A DNA stretch of 64,000 bases from Eledone cirrhosa (lineage: Eukaryota), in NCBI GenBank assembly GCA_964016885.1, contig OZ024743.1, positions 308,946,001 to 309,010,000 of the forward strand, given 5' to 3'. Position 1 is the stretch's first letter. Each line of letters begins with the position of its first letter. The notes under the pieces were generated by a model, which had not been told where the DNA came from, did not search any database, and saw only the letters and a program-made list of their open reading frames with translations. The position numbers and the translations under genes were made by a program. Shown piece after piece: positions 1 through 12,963 of the stretch.

Positions 1-70
1 TAAAGTGCCTTGTTCAAGGATACAGCACACCGCCATGAATCGAACTCACGTAAACCGAATACCCTAGTAA
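1..70 (-). mobile_element. tRNA-derived SINE head fragment
   Basis: Reverse strand has B-box-like GAGTTCGATTC followed by TCCTTGAACAAGGCACTTTA, matching the SINE copies at 2322 and 49175. Confidence 0.55.
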
Positions 71-107
71 TTTTCAATAATTCAAGTAAGAATTATAGAA
101 AATTTAT

Positions 108-144
108 GAGAGAGAGAGAAAGAGAGGGAGAGAGAGAGGGAGAG

Positions 145-199
<55 letters not shown>
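108..199. repeat. (GA)n microsatellite
   Basis: Seen directly; explains the ER-repeat ORF 10..222. Confidence 0.95.
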
Positions 200-203
<4 letters not shown>

Positions 204-1789
204 TTCGATCTTTATACTATAGAGATTTTAAAAATCCGGTATTGGTTATAGCTGCAATATAGAACCTCTATAGCAAATCAATCAGAAATTGAAAAACAGA
301 TTCGTATATATGGGAAGTTGTGTGATAATAGTCGTCAGGTTATACCGAACTCCTTACAATTTACGATGAACCATCAAGAATACTCAATGTAATATATCAA
401 TAGAAAATTTATAACATCAAATATCAACTTCCACATCATTAACAGGTATTTGTGACTATATGCTGCTCTAAAATTATTAGGAAGCAATAAAATAAAAGTT
501 CAAAGAAAGAAAAATTAATCTTTCTTTCTTTGTTGTATTGGAAAAGATAAAAGCCAATGAACTGAATTGGTTATAAAGTTCTTATAATAGTACAGCAGGA
601 AGCCAAATTAATGTATTACGAACACAAATGTAGAAGAATATGGAAGCTATATCTCATACTGAGAATATGCAATATGCAATGTAAATATTTTTATAGTAAT
701 CAGTAAACCTTAATTTAGAAGCCATACATATAAATTTATACACAGTTCTGTCAGATTTAGAACCCACATTTAAATATTAATACTTGATTGTCAATAACTC
801 TAGATTTGAGCTGTCAAAGCTTCTCTAGTTGAAAGCAACCTCAGTTTGTTAAGTAATTAATCCCGGCTATAAAAAATAAAATATATATATTTGATCTTAA
901 TGTTAAGTAAATAGAGAAATATTGCAGACAGTTTTGAAACTGAATCAGAAATAATATTACCGATTTGATTCAGGAGTATATTATTAGATAAACGGTAACC
1001 CTTCGTAATACTTAAATAATCATATTTATATAATATTTATAGTATTACTGTATTGAAAGAAAGCCGTAAACGACAGGGGAAATAAAGAGGAAGTTTTGTT
1101 GGGAGATATTTTTATTATCGATATGTTGCCCTCTAGGTCAAGTTTATAAACCTTTTGCGTGTCACTTGCATACTAGGACAGAAGTTGGATTCAACTCGTA
1201 TTTATGAGATATGAATATAGATGAAGAAATGAATATTTCTTCTTCCTCCTAATGTAGAGTTACAAAGGTTGAGTTGATATACTGTTGGCCTCTCATCGAT
1301 TGAAGAATCGGGAGGTTGTATTCTGGCAATGATTACTTCGGCAATGCAATAAAACGTTCACTTTAATTAGCTAACATAATAAACACACACACACATTTCT
1401 ACATAGATATGGGCACACACACACACACACACCACATTACATTTTAGCATATGCTCGCACGCACATACGCACATACACATATAGATACGGATATGCACAT
1501 ACTAACAGCATACATACATGGGGACCCATGCACACACACACACATACTCTCTCTTTCTCACGCACGCACATACGAATAATATATATATAAAGACATAAAG
1601 GGAAAGCTAAAAATAATTTCAGTGGTGAATTAACACGAAGTGAATAGTTTCGTTATCTGCAGTTGCAGGATTGATCTAACCTCGAAAATGGGAGGGAGAA
1701 GAGAAAATGAAACAAATCAACCGTCGGATCGAACCAAGAGAGCTATGTTTCCATTTGTTATCTAAAGTTTAAAGACTGTCTCGAGCCCG

Positions 1790-2000
1790 GAGGCTTACCA
1801 GGCCGATGTTTATTCCGGTTTCAGTTGCATGAAGCAACTGAGAGTACACGACTTTCCACCTGGACAGGACGCCAGTCCATCGCAGGGCTAAACTACAGTA
1901 CTCATTTTCAGCTGAGTATACTCGAGCAACATGAAATTAAGTGTTTTGCTCAATAACGTAACTCACAACCCAGCCAGGGATTGAACCATTTGTTTTACAA
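1790..2000 (-). mobile_element. tRNA-derived SINE with a conserved central domain (V/Meta-SINE-like)
   Basis: Reverse strand reads GGTTCAATCCC...GAGCAAAACACTT...CCTGCGATGGACTGGCGTCCTGTCCAGG...GCTTCATGCAACTGAAACCGG. Confidence 0.6.
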
Positions 2001-2194
2001 TTTATGATACTATCTCCTGATCGCAACTACTGACGGAAGGATATGGGATAAGTGTTTCGATTCTCGAAGGCGGGTCTGTCCACCTTTAAGGGAGATAGAA
2101 AATAAAGGACATATGCTGATTTCGTTTATCAGCACAAGACAAGGAACATCAATGTTTACCGAGGAGAGTTAAACTGGATCGAATCAACACGCAC

Positions 2195-2700
2195 GCATGG
2201 CTGTGTAGTTAAGTAGTTTGATTCGCAATCATGGTGTGTAGGATTAGATCTCACTGCGTGACATCTTGAGTAAATGACTTTACCATAAGCTCAGGTCTAC
2301 CTAAGCCATGTCAAGTGCCACAGCGAAGGTGCTGGGTTAGCGGTTAGGGAATTGGATTCGTAATCGTGAGGTTCCGAGTTCAATTCCCTGGCCGGACAAT
2401 GTATTATGTCCTTGAGCAAGACACTTTATTTCTCGTTGCTCTTTCTGCCTGGATTTGCGACCGTTAGATAACATCAGCAATTGTAAAGACTAATGGAAAC
2501 ATTGTTGTTCCTTCTGCCAGGAATTGCCACCGGTAGATAGCATTAGCAATAGAAAGACCAATGGAACTGGAAACATTGTTTCCTTGGTCCGATTTGACGA
2601 GCTCCACCCCTCTTGGTAAGTGAATGGGTCTAGGAACTTGTCGATCGATTCGATTGATCAAAGCCATGTCAGTGAAATCAAGTCGACGGAAACTGTGTAT
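2195..2700 (+). mobile_element. Older SINE (2195-2313, resumes ~2672) with a nested younger SINE (~2322-2660)
   Basis: Both have A/B-box-like heads. The direct repeat AAGCCATGTCA at 2303-2313 and 2661-2671 flanks the inner copy as a TSD. Confidence 0.7.
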
Positions 2701-2973
2701 CCGATCTATTGTAACCTTTAATTCAACGCTCCTTCTTTATCATATACCGTGTTACGCTGATTCTGCTGGAGATTGATACTAAGATTACTCGTGTCAGTGG
2801 AATATTCAACCACTTTCATGCACATTAATATAAAATGTCGAACGTTCATCGTGAAAACTGACGAAAGACCTATCATCCACATCGTGTTAAAAAAAAAAAT
2901 AACAACAATCTTTGGAGTGGTTGTTCCAGCTTTGATCAGACTAATATTTGTTCAAAGCTGATTTGGGAACTAA

Positions 2974-3170
2974 ACAACAACAACAATAACAAGAGCAGCA
3001 ACACCAACAGCAACAGCAGCACCACCAACAGCACCACCAGCACCACAACCACCATCGTCACCACAAACAACAACAGCAACTGCACCTCAAATATCCCCAC
3101 CACCACCTCGAACAACACCATCACCGCCACTACCAACAACAACAACAATACCACCACCACCAACAGAAAC

Positions 3171-3202
<32 letters not shown>

Positions 3203-3326
3203 CTACATCAGCAACAGCACCACCAACAACAGCAGCACCACTAGCATCACCATCAACACCACTACCACCACAACCACAAACAACAACACCACCAACAACA
3301 GCAGCAACACCAACACCACTACCACC

Positions 3327-3358
<32 letters not shown>

Positions 3359-3750
3359 CAATACCAACACCACCACCATCAACAGCAACACCACCACCAC
3401 CACCACCACCACCACCACCATCACCAACAACAACAACAACAATACCACCACCACCACCACCACCACCACCAACAACAACAACAACTACATCAGCAACAGC
3501 ACCACCAACAACAGCAGCACCACCAGCATCACCATCAACACCACTACCACCACAACCACAAACAACAACACCACCAACAACAGCAGCAACACCAACACCA
3601 CTACCACCACCACCACCAACAACAATACCAACACCATCACCACCACCAACACCACCACCGCCACCACCAATACCACCACCACCACTACCGGCACTACCAC
3701 CTCAACCACCCCACCCCCACTACCGCCACTTCCACCTCAACCACCACCAC
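2974..3750. repeat. (CAA/CAC)n low-complexity tract with a 282-bp internal tandem duplication
   Basis: AACTACATCAGCAACAGCACCACC recurs at ~3201 and ~3483; poly-V/L ORFs here are artefacts. Confidence 0.9.
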
Positions 3751-4038
3751 CCCTGGCACACATAAACACACACTCACACAAATACACACAAGCACGTACG
3801 CACACAAACACACACACATCCACGCACACTACCCTGGAGCGTGTGGAAGCTAGAAGTATACACAGCATGCTGCCATGACGAAGATCACCTAGTGTACTCT
3901 GTACGGTCATAGTACTGGTGCCACAGCTACAAAATCACCCAATCCACCCTGTAAGGGGATCGTGCTGGTACAACGATGGAAAATCACCCAGTCCACCCTG
4001 TAAGGGGATCGGGCTAATACCACGATGGAAACTCACCC

Positions 4039-4250
4039 AAGCGCGTCTCCCTTACCATCATCCGGGGAAACGCCTTCTCCATTCTGTCCACGGGGGATGT
4101 GGGGAGGCCAGCGCGTGGGACCCCATTTGTTCACCTTACAGAGAGATGGGGAGGGCCGGAGGGATGGCGGCTCGTCCACGTTCAGACCATATCCTAGTGG
4201 TTGTGTTCTATTATTCAGTTGTTACTTGTAAGGTGGTCGTTGCTAAGTGA
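4039..4250 (+). mobile_element. 3' end of a CRE-like RLE non-LTR retrotransposon
   Basis: Translates KRVSLTIIRGNAFSILS, resembling the CRE-clade C-terminal RLS.AIQRGNA motif; a second copy lies at 17908-18090. Confidence 0.55.
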
Positions 4251-4603
4251 ACTCTTTAACCAGACAGCCATGCCGGTCAAGCAGTTTAATGGAGACAAAG
4301 TTGTAAACAAGCAGATGCATTTATTCATTTATGTTTTCATTTAAATTCCCCCTTCCAAGTGTCAGATTTTTCTGAGACGTGTTATTTTGTATACGAAATA
4401 CACAGACATAATCGTGATCAGAGTCGGTTCATGAATATGTGTTAAAAGTTCTTGGTGGTATTCGATGTCTTCGTAAACATATTGATACTATTACAGACTT
4501 TATCACCACCATCACCACCACCACCACCAACAAGAACAACAACGACAAATTGTAATTCTTTCAGTAGACGTATGTGTTGGTATAACGGTGCTATTTATGT
4601 ATG

Positions 4604-5030
4604 TTATCTCTTTCTCTTAATTTCGAGTATATTTTTTGACCGGCCACCTTCCTGGTGGCAAGGTTGTAAAAGAAAAGAAATTGTCATCCCTTGAATCGCA
4701 AGAATGTTTTGCAAATTTTGAAGGTGCCAGCTATCGCAGCCATTTGTAGACTATGAATTAGGGAGCTGCGCTCTTTGTCTGCAAATCCAAGTTCAGTTAT
4801 ACATTGGTCCAAGCGGGTTGGTATATAACCTGTAGCTCCAATAATGATGGGTATGAAGCTAAAGGTGTATCTTGGATACTGGATTTGTAAACTCCTCATC
4901 AATGGTACGTAGATGTCCTCCTTCTCCTGTATTTTTCTGACAACGTTTACATCAAGTGGGCAGCTGATCTCCACAACAGAACACGTTTTCAATGTGTGGT
5001 CCCAAACAACAATATCAGGCCGGTTGTGCT
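4604..5030 (-). mobile_element. R4/Dong-like LINE family A, short 5'-truncated copy
   Basis: ORF 4684..4992 (VVEISCPLD RLE domain) is nearly identical to the end of 5140..6312; same 3' UTR; TATG repeats at both junctions. Confidence 0.85.
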
Positions 5031-5059
5031 ATAATTTGTATGCATTTATGTATGTATGT

Positions 5060-6406
5060 TTTCTCTTTCTCTTAATTTCGAGTATATTTTTTTGACCGGC
5101 CACCTTCCTGGTGGCAAGGTTGTAAAAGAAAAGAAATTGTCATCCCTTGAATCGCAAGAATGTTTTGCAAATTTTGAAGGTGCCAGCTATCGCAGCCATT
5201 TGTAGACTATGAATTAGGGAGCTGCGCTTTTTGTCCGCAAATCCAAGTTCAGTCATACTTTGGTCCAAGCGGGTTGGTATATAACCCGTAGCACCAATAA
5301 TGATGGGTACGAAGCTAAAGGTGTATCTTGGATACTGGATTTGTAAACTCCTCATCAATGGTCCGTAGATGTCCTCCTGCTCCTGTATTTTTCTGACAAC
5401 GTTTACATCAAGTGGGCAGCTGATCTCCACAACAGAACACGTTTTCAATGTGTGGTCCCAAACTACAATATCAGGCCGGTTGTGCTTTAATTTGGTGGCA
5501 GTTTTTATTTTCAGGTTCCACCAGTATTCCTTAGTGCCATCTGTCTCAATATATTCTTCCTCGTTTGTTGTTAATTTTGTTTTCCGAAGTGCGTTCCAGA
5601 TGGTTCTAGCTATCCCATCGTGTCTCATGGGGAGGTAGTAGCGAGATGACATTCTTTCGCAGCTGGCAACAATGTGGCTTACATCCTCGATCTTTGTTTT
5701 ACATAGCCTACATTTATTGTCAGCTGCTGGCCCTCCTCTTTTGTGCAGCAGATATTTGGTAGGGAGTTCTTGTTCCTGTATTGCATAGAGATATCCCTCA
5801 AGGTGTGATGTCATAAACTTGTCGGAACTCCATGCCAGGCTTTTTGAGTGGTTTATCCCCTCTATAATCTGTGTTTTACGCCTCAAGTATCCATGCACAA
5901 CTTTTTCTGTAAATTGGTCAATTTTTTTATCTTGTTTGAACATTGAATAGGATCTTCCGATTTCTCTGGGTGAGAGATTTATATCAGGCTTTATTCCATA
6001 TCTCTCCTCCAGATCAGTCGCTATTCTAATGATATTTCTTTTTTCATGGTCACAAACCTGGGCAAGATGGTTGCCAACCTTTTTCCTCTGTTGAAGGTGT
6101 TGCTTCAGTGTCACTATCCGGGTCTCATATGTTGTTAATATTGATTTTAGACCCCGGCCACCTTCCTTGCATGAGAAGTATAGCCTATCCACATCACCAT
6201 TGATGTTAAAGTTCCCAGTAACACTGAGAAGTTTTCGAGTTCTAACATCCATCTCACTTAGTTCTTGCAATGACCAGTTCAGTAGGCCAAATGTTGCCGT
6301 TAGAATTGGCACAGCATAAGTATTGTGGGCAATGTATTTGTTGTATGCTGACAGTTCTGATGACCATATTTTCTTTACTCTTCTGAGGTATTCAGTTCTG
6401 GTTCTC
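5060..6406 (-). mobile_element. R4/Dong-like LINE family A, 5'-truncated
   Basis: Contains ORF 5140..6312 and is flanked by (TATG)n on both sides. Confidence 0.88.
5140..6312 (-). CDS. R4-clade non-LTR protein C-terminus (RT thumb, CCHC knuckle, RHD, PD-(D/E) restriction-like endonuclease)
   Basis: Motifs DVRTRKLL, DVDRLY..KEGGRGL, CRLC...E...H...C, RHD, RPDIVV...VVEISCP. Confidence 0.9.
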   Translation of the reverse strand: MPILTATFGLLNWSLQELSEMDVRTRKLLSVTGNFNINGDVDRLYFSCKEGGRGLKSILTTYETRIVTLKQHLQQRKKVGNHLAQVCDHEKRNIIRIATDLEERYGIKPDINLSPREIGRSYSMFKQDKKIDQFTEKVVHGYLRRKTQIIEGINHSKSLAWSSDKFMTSHLEGYLYAIQEQELPTKYLLHKRGGPAADNKCRLCKTKIEDVSHIVASCERMSSRYYLPMRHDGIARTIWNALRKTKLTTNEEEYIETDGTKEYWWNLKIKTATKLKHNRPDIVVWDHTLKTCSVVEISCPLDVNVVRKIQEQEDIYGPLMRSLQIQYPRYTFSFVPIIIGATGYIPTRLDQSMTELGFADKKRSSLIHSLQMAAIAGTFKICKTFLRFKG

Positions 6407-6482
6407 TATGTATGTATGTATGTATGTATGTATGTATGTATGTATGTATGTATGTATGTATGTATGTATGTATGTATGTATG
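6407..6482. repeat. (TATG)n microsatellite between two R4-like copies
   Basis: Seen directly. Confidence 0.95.
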
Positions 6483-7525
6483 TTCTTCTGGTTTTATAAT
6501 TTCACAAATTTTTACCAATAGAGAGAGAGAGTCGGTTTCTAACATAGACACAAAACTCTCTCATTAGAATTTACACAACATCAACTAGGTAGATTATGTA
6601 GGCATGTCTGCATGTGTAGATATGGATGTTATTGTATGTGTGAATGTGTATGTTTTGAGTTGTATGTGTGCATGGGTATATGCTTTGTATCTGTACATGT
6701 GTATATGCAGTTATTAGATGCAACATTTTTTTAATGTTTTACATATTTTTACTGTTCTATTAATGGATAGTACTTGTAATTTCCTTACTAGTTGTGTTCT
6801 TTCTGTTCCTGTGAAGCCTAGCTTCTCAAGATTTGTATTGAGGCAGTCACTAACATACCCCAGTGCCCCAATAATCATAGGCATAAATCTGAAGGTGTAA
6901 TCAGGGTTGAGTATCTGCAGATTTCTCATCTGTTCTGCATAAATATTCTCCTTTTCGTTAATCTTTGATATTATATTGGCAGCTAATTTCCACTACTGTG
7001 CATGCTTTCTTCTCCCTGTCCCATATCATAATATCTGGTCTGTTATGCCTGCATTTTATTGGGGTTTTTACTGGAACATTCCACCAGTACTCTTTCATAT
7101 TATGTACATGGATGTCTTCCACATTGCTGTAGCTTTTAATGTGTTTATTATCGGGGCTATCTTTTTTACGAATTGCATTGTACAGTGTTTTGGCCACTAC
7201 ATCATGCCTCATAGGTAGATAGTACCTGGGTGTGAGTTTTTGGTTATCACACAGGGAATATCTCTCGAGGAGTTCCTTCCCAACTCTCATGATCTTATCT
7301 GTTTCATGCAGATAGACTTGCTCAAGAAACGGGCTCCTACGCTTCGAGGTTCGTAGATGTTGTCGGAGAGATATGATGCGACATTAATGTTGTCTGGACT
7401 GATGTTAGGCCTCTGCCTCCCTGCTTACGTTTCTAGTAAAGGCGGTCTATGTAACTGATGGTGTGGAAGTTTCCAGTGTTGTTTAGTATTTTTCGAGTTC
7501 CAACATCAACTGCTCGGATTTCGTC
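6483..7525 (-). mobile_element. R4/Dong-like LINE family B, degenerate, with a ~300-bp internal deletion
   Basis: ORF pieces DVGTRKIL, YYLPMRHD, RPDIMIWD and VVEISC; homologous to 9435-10575; flanked by (TATG)n. Confidence 0.85.
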
Positions 7526-7571
7526 TATGTATGTATATATGTGGCTATATATATGTATGTATGTATGTATG

Positions 7572-7605
<34 letters not shown>

Positions 7606-7724
7606 TGTATGTATGTATGTATGTGGCTATATATATATACATGTATGTATGTATGTATGTGTGTATGTATGTGGCTATGTATGTATGTGGCTAGGTATGT
7701 ATGTATACATGTATGTATGTATGA

Positions 7725-8205
7725 TCATCAAATATGGATGTGATGTCTTTGAGAAAAAGCGAGTGGAGTAAGCTGTTTTGAAGCGTTCACTTCGTATGCA
7801 GAACTCAAGTGCAGTGCCTGCAAAAATCTAACAGGAACTGAGGTGCCATGTATGTGGCCGATTTCTTCTAACAAGAGCTGGTTTTGTCACCATCAGAAAT
7901 CACACGAGCCAAGGAGAAATGAAGCCAACTGTGGGATGGTTCTACTGCCACACACTCCACCGCACATTTGCAGTGAGTGTGGATTAATTTGCAAGTCAGC
8001 GGGTGAACTGACCAGACATGGTAGAATGCATGAAACCACACCACAGCCGTTATTGGCAGGAGACAGACAGTTTAAATGTCAAATCTGTGAATGTCTCTGC
8101 AAAACAAAGCGGGCCTGAAAAGTCACCTGCGTGCACTTGATCATGCAATGTTCAATAAAGGGATGGCGCTCTTCTGACAAGAAGTAGCAATCAGCATGTA
8201 TGTAT
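7725..8205 (+). mobile_element. RTE-like LINE 3' end with three C2H2-type zinc-finger remnants
   Basis: CHVCGRF...HQKSH, CSECGLICKSAGELTRHGRMH and CQICECLCKTK.GLKSHLR; ends in an ATGT-repeat tail. Confidence 0.6.
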
Positions 8206-8788
8206 GATTGTATGCAGGACCGGCGGCTGGGTATTTAGCGCTGTAGGTTAACCTTACACTTCTTGCTCTGACTCCTCAAAGAATATTATTTAGCCTTCAT
8301 TTACTACTACACAGTCCACACTCACCCATAGATCACAACATTTCACAACTCCCTCCACCATTTTGGATATTTTCGCAACGCATTTACGTGTTATTAGTGA
8401 TTTATTCATTGATCGCAAATTGTAAACTATTGGCGCCGTGTCCATCAATAAAGACAGCAAGAGCATTGAAGATATATCACTTTTGGAGACATTGTACTTA
8501 ATGACACATGGAAGTGATTAAAGTTAAGAAATATATTTTAATAATCTATTTTTAGGCTATAGTTACAAAAATGTTCGGCATATATGTACAAATGACATAG
8601 ACTCTATCTCATTTGTACATTTCTGCTGAACATTTAATCCTCTATGCCATAGACGATTAAATGTATGAGTATCTTTGGATTAAAAATCTATTTACAGGGA
8701 CAAATGTAGAGATAGAACCCAGAACAGGATTAAGATAGGAAATACATTGTATGTTGAAGTTTGAGGGTAAATTTTAAAGAATTACACA

Positions 8789-8997
8789 TACGAGGGGTTG
8801 CAGAAAAGTTCCTGGCCTTGGGTACAAGAAAATAGAGGAGGGTCAGTTAATTATGATTTTATTCAACATATTCCCCTCTCAGATTCACACACTTATTGCA
8901 ACGGTCCTTCAGTTTTTCTAAGTCCTGTAAAAAGAACTCGGTAGGTTGGGCCTCATACTACCCTTTCGCGATACCCTTAAAGCTTTTCAGCACCCTT
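8789..8997. mobile_element. Mariner-like MITE
   Basis: TA followed by CGAGGGGTTGCAGAAAAG at the left end, and complementary CTTTTCAGCACCCT at the right end. Confidence 0.65.
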
Positions 8998-9034
8998 TCC
9001 TACACATACATACATGCATACATACATACATACA

Positions 9035-9385
9035 TGATGGCTGCCCCCTCGTTATCGAGTATGGGCATTGCGTGATATAAGATTACTAATAATTATCAAT
9101 TAATGCTATCATGCAATGCCTGTGCGTGAAGATTTTTTTAAAGTGAGGAAAGACTGTGCACTGAGCCAATCCCACTCTCTGAGCGACAGTAGCTATAACC
9201 TGAAAAGAAGAAAATATCAACATCATCGGTAACTACCGAGCCGCAGGTTTTATGTTGGAGTTATCCCAGTTTCCTGAGTTGCCTTCTCCTAGAAGAATGC
9301 CCTGACAAAAGGCTAGGGCTCGTTCACTCCAGTGGTTTAACCGCGTGATCGGGTATCCAGCCCGATTATTTCTATGTCCCCGCGC
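9035..9385 (-). mobile_element. Non-autonomous RTE-derived element in (CATA)n
   Basis: Reverse strand has an RTE-like 5' UTR motif (CTAGGAGAAGGCAACTC) and 3' end (CGAGGGGGCAGCCATC + ATGT tail); no ORF. Confidence 0.5.
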
Positions 9386-9434
9386 ATACACACACGCATA
9401 CATAATACATACATACATACATACATACATAAAT

Positions 9435-10575
9435 AACCTCAAAGCGTAGGAGCCCGTCTCTCGAGCAAGATCATGAGAGTTGGGAAGGAACTCCTCAAGA
9501 GGTATTCCCTCTGTGATAATCAAAAACTTACACCCAGGGAAGTTGCTTAGCAGTATCGCAGTGAAAAACTGCATGCTTATCAGCAAAAAATCAGACATGG
9601 ATATGTTGCCAGGAAGCTCCAGAGTGAGAGTAATATAGATCAACAACCGCTATATTGGCTCCCACTTTGAAGGATACGCTTTTACAATCCAAGAACAGGA
9701 AATCAACACGAAATACCTGATTCACAAAAGAGATAGAGATGCAGGCAAAACACCTAGATGCGATAACAAGTGCAGACTCTGCAGAATTAACATCGAAGAT
9801 GTCACCCATCTCATAAGCAGCTGTCCAAAGATGTCATCGAGGTACTATCTACCTATGAGGCATGATGTAGTGGCCAAAACACTGCACAATGCAATCCGTA
9901 GAAAAGATAGCCTCGATAATAAACACATTAAAAGCTACAGCAATGTGGAAGACATACATATACATAATATGAAAGAGTACTGGTGGAATGTTCCAGTAAA
10001 AACCCCTATAAAATGCAGGCATAACTGACCAGATATGATGACAGGGAAAAGAAGGCATGCACAGTAGTGGAAGTTAGCTGTCCAGCAGATGTCAATATAA
10101 TATCAAAGATTAGCGAAAAGGAGAATATTTATGCAGAACTGATGAGAATTCTGCAGATACTCCACCCTGATTACACCTTCAGATTTATGCCTGTGATTAT
10201 TGGGGCACTTGGGTATGTTAGTAACTGCCTCAATACAAATCTTGAGAAGCTGGGCTTCACAGGAACAGAAAGAACACAACTAGTTAAGAAATTACAAGTA
10301 CTATCCATTAATGGAACAGTAAAACATTCCAAAAATGTTGCATCTAATAACTGAATATACACATGTACAGATACTAAGCATATATACATGCACACATACA
10401 ACTCAAAACATACACATCCACACATACAATAACATCCATATCTACACATGCAGACATGCATACATATCTACCTAGTTGATGTTGTGTAAATTCCAATGAG
10501 AGAGTTTTGTGTCTATGTTAGAAACCGACTCTCTCTCTATTGGTAAACATTTGTGAAATTATAAAACCAGAAGAA
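9435..10575 (+). mobile_element. R4/Dong-like LINE family B, frameshifted
   Basis: DNKCRLC, YYLPMRHD and VEVSCPAD motifs; 3' end ATAAAACCAGAAGAA joined to CATACATAC; 5' end joined to (CATA)n. Confidence 0.87.
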
Positions 10576-11024
10576 CATACATACATACTTATATAGATAT
10601 ATATATATATGGTATGCATGGGTGACTACTGGTCTTCCACAAACAACCATGCCTGGACTTGTGCCACGGTGGGGAATTTTCTAGGTTCAAATCCCATGGT
10701 CATTCGTGATTGAAGGGAGGGGTGGGGGTCTTTATCATAACGCTTAAATACAATAAACATATATCTAGCCGCGCTGCCGAAGAAAAATATTGTTTTCCCG
10801 TAACGAAAAAAGAAATTTCATTTTTCTCTCTTGGTGAATATATCACCGTGTTGCCAGCGCGTACTGAGAATGTCAGGCAGTTGTTTCAAGATCTGTTTAT
10901 CCCTCTAGTGCCACTCATTCAAAACGTAGTGACATGAAATAGAATATAGTCTATATAGAATTTTGATGATCACTTGCTGGAGATGCTCATTTTCATATAA
11001 CAAAGCAGAAAATATCGGCTGGAG

Positions 11025-11262
11025 GTGGCCATTTGTATATAGTGTGAACTTGGCAGGTTATGTTTAATTTGTATATAGTGTGAACTTGGCTAGTTATGTA
11101 TATAGTGTGAACTTGGTTGGTTATGTATATAGTGTGAACTTGGTTGGTTATGTATATAGTGTGAACTTGGCTGGTTATGTATATAGTGTGAACTTGGTTG
11201 GTTATGTATATAGTGTGAACTTGGCTGGCCATTTGTATATAGTGTGAACTTGGCTGGTTATG
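11025..11262. repeat. 27-bp minisatellite, about 8 copies
   Basis: Unit GTATATAGTGTGAACTTGG(T/C)TGGTTAT. Confidence 0.9.
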
Positions 11263-11429
11263 CTAAGACAGAATTTAAGCATTATAGAGGCGTATATGAA
11301 AACACATATAAACATATATAATACGCTTATATACAACAAACATATGGGTAGCCTCGCTGCCGAAGAAAGAAAAAAATATTTTTCGTAACGAAACGAAATT
11401 GTATAATAACGTATTACGTATGTTTTATA

Positions 11430-12053
11430 TACACCACGAGCATGCCTTTGCGGTTTTGTCCACGGGATGCAGCCTCAACACTGTCGCACTCTAGGCCTAG
11501 ATCCCATCACCTACCCCTCCTCCTCTAATTTTTCTGTGATCCTAGAGCCCTTGTCTTTCCCTTCCTTCTCCGTTTTCATAACCACAAAAAAACGCTTGTA
11601 TTTTTTACACCACTGTTATATTTAAACGTTGTCTTAGTGTTGATTTACGTTAATTTATGTTACGGTAGATTTATGTTAATTATACAAAGTTGGATAAAAC
11701 TTAGATTGTTTAGTTTCAGAAATGCACTACTCTGATGAGGTCTGCGCCCTACGTGGTTGTCTAGTTGGCCTTAATAGTAACGTCGGTCCAGCTCTCACAG
11801 ACTAGAATATTCTTGAAAAGAGTCAGGGCGTTGTTATTCTTTTTCTGACTATTATTAATATCAAACAAATTGATCTGATGCCGATTATGTTTTTCCGCCT
11901 ATATGAAATCAATAAAATAATTACAAACCATGTTCTTCCGTTACTACAGTATATCACTGAGCTTATGTAATAAATCAATTATTCAATTTGTTTCGCTGTT
12001 CTCTTCCTGAAACTGCAGAAATGGTGGAGTTTGTGACGAAATTAAGGCTTTCA

Positions 12054-12056
<3 letters not shown>
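11430..12056 (+). mobile_element. Probable PLE pseudo-LTR remnant with a decayed HHR, abutting (TA)n
   Basis: CTGATGA at 11732 and GAAA..GTC at ~11816-11825 with a long stem II; ends in (TA)n. Confidence 0.4.
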
Positions 12057-12131
<75 letters not shown>

Positions 12132-12239
12132 ATGAATATTTATATGTATGTATATATATGTGTATGTATATATATATGTATATGTATATATATATAAGTA
12201 TATATATATGTGTGTGTATGTATATATATGTATATATAA

Positions 12240-12325
<86 letters not shown>

Positions 12326-12549
12326 GTAAAAGGAAAACAGAAATAACAACACAATCGGTACAGTATATGGAAGTATATGCATATATATATATATAATATA
12401 TATGCATATATATATATATATAATATATATGCATATATATATATATATATATGAATAATATATATATATATTTATATATATATATGAATAATATATATAT
12501 ATATATACATGCATATGTATGTATTTGTATACACACACACACACACAAA

Positions 12550-12755
12550 GGATCGATCGACTTTCGTCAAATCGGACCGAGGAAACAATGTTTCCGTCGG
12601 TCTTTCCAATTGCCAATACTGTCTATCGGTCGCAACTCCAGGTAGAAGGAGCAACGTGAAATAAAGTGTCTTGCTCAAGGACATAACGCATCGCCCGGTC
12701 CAGGAATCGAACTCACAACCTCACGATTGTGAATCCAATTCTCTAACCATGCGCC

Positions 12756-12758
<3 letters not shown>
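12550..12758 (-). mobile_element. tRNA-derived SINE, same family as 49175-49395
   Basis: Near-identical reverse complement of the 49175 copy; inserted in (CA)n. Confidence 0.85.
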
Positions 12759-12850
<92 letters not shown>

Positions 12851-12928
12851 GATATAAAAAGAAGTAGTAGTAGTAGTGATAGTAGTAGTAGCAGAAGCAG
12901 TAGCAGCAGCAGCAGTAGCAGTAGTAAT

Positions 12929-12963
<35 letters not shown>

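Noticed and set aside
1220-1365. Possible host exon in unique sequence
   Set aside because: No recognisable protein similarity or convincing splice pair; small exons elsewhere cannot be excluded without RNA-seq.
2936-3709. Hydrophobic poly-V/L ORFs resembling membrane proteins (also 18357-19343)
   Set aside because: They are translations of CAA/CAC and GTT trinucleotide tracts.
11025-11262. Regular 27-bp repeat as a possible CRISPR array
   Set aside because: The units are contiguous with no unique spacers, there are no cas genes, and the context is eukaryotic.
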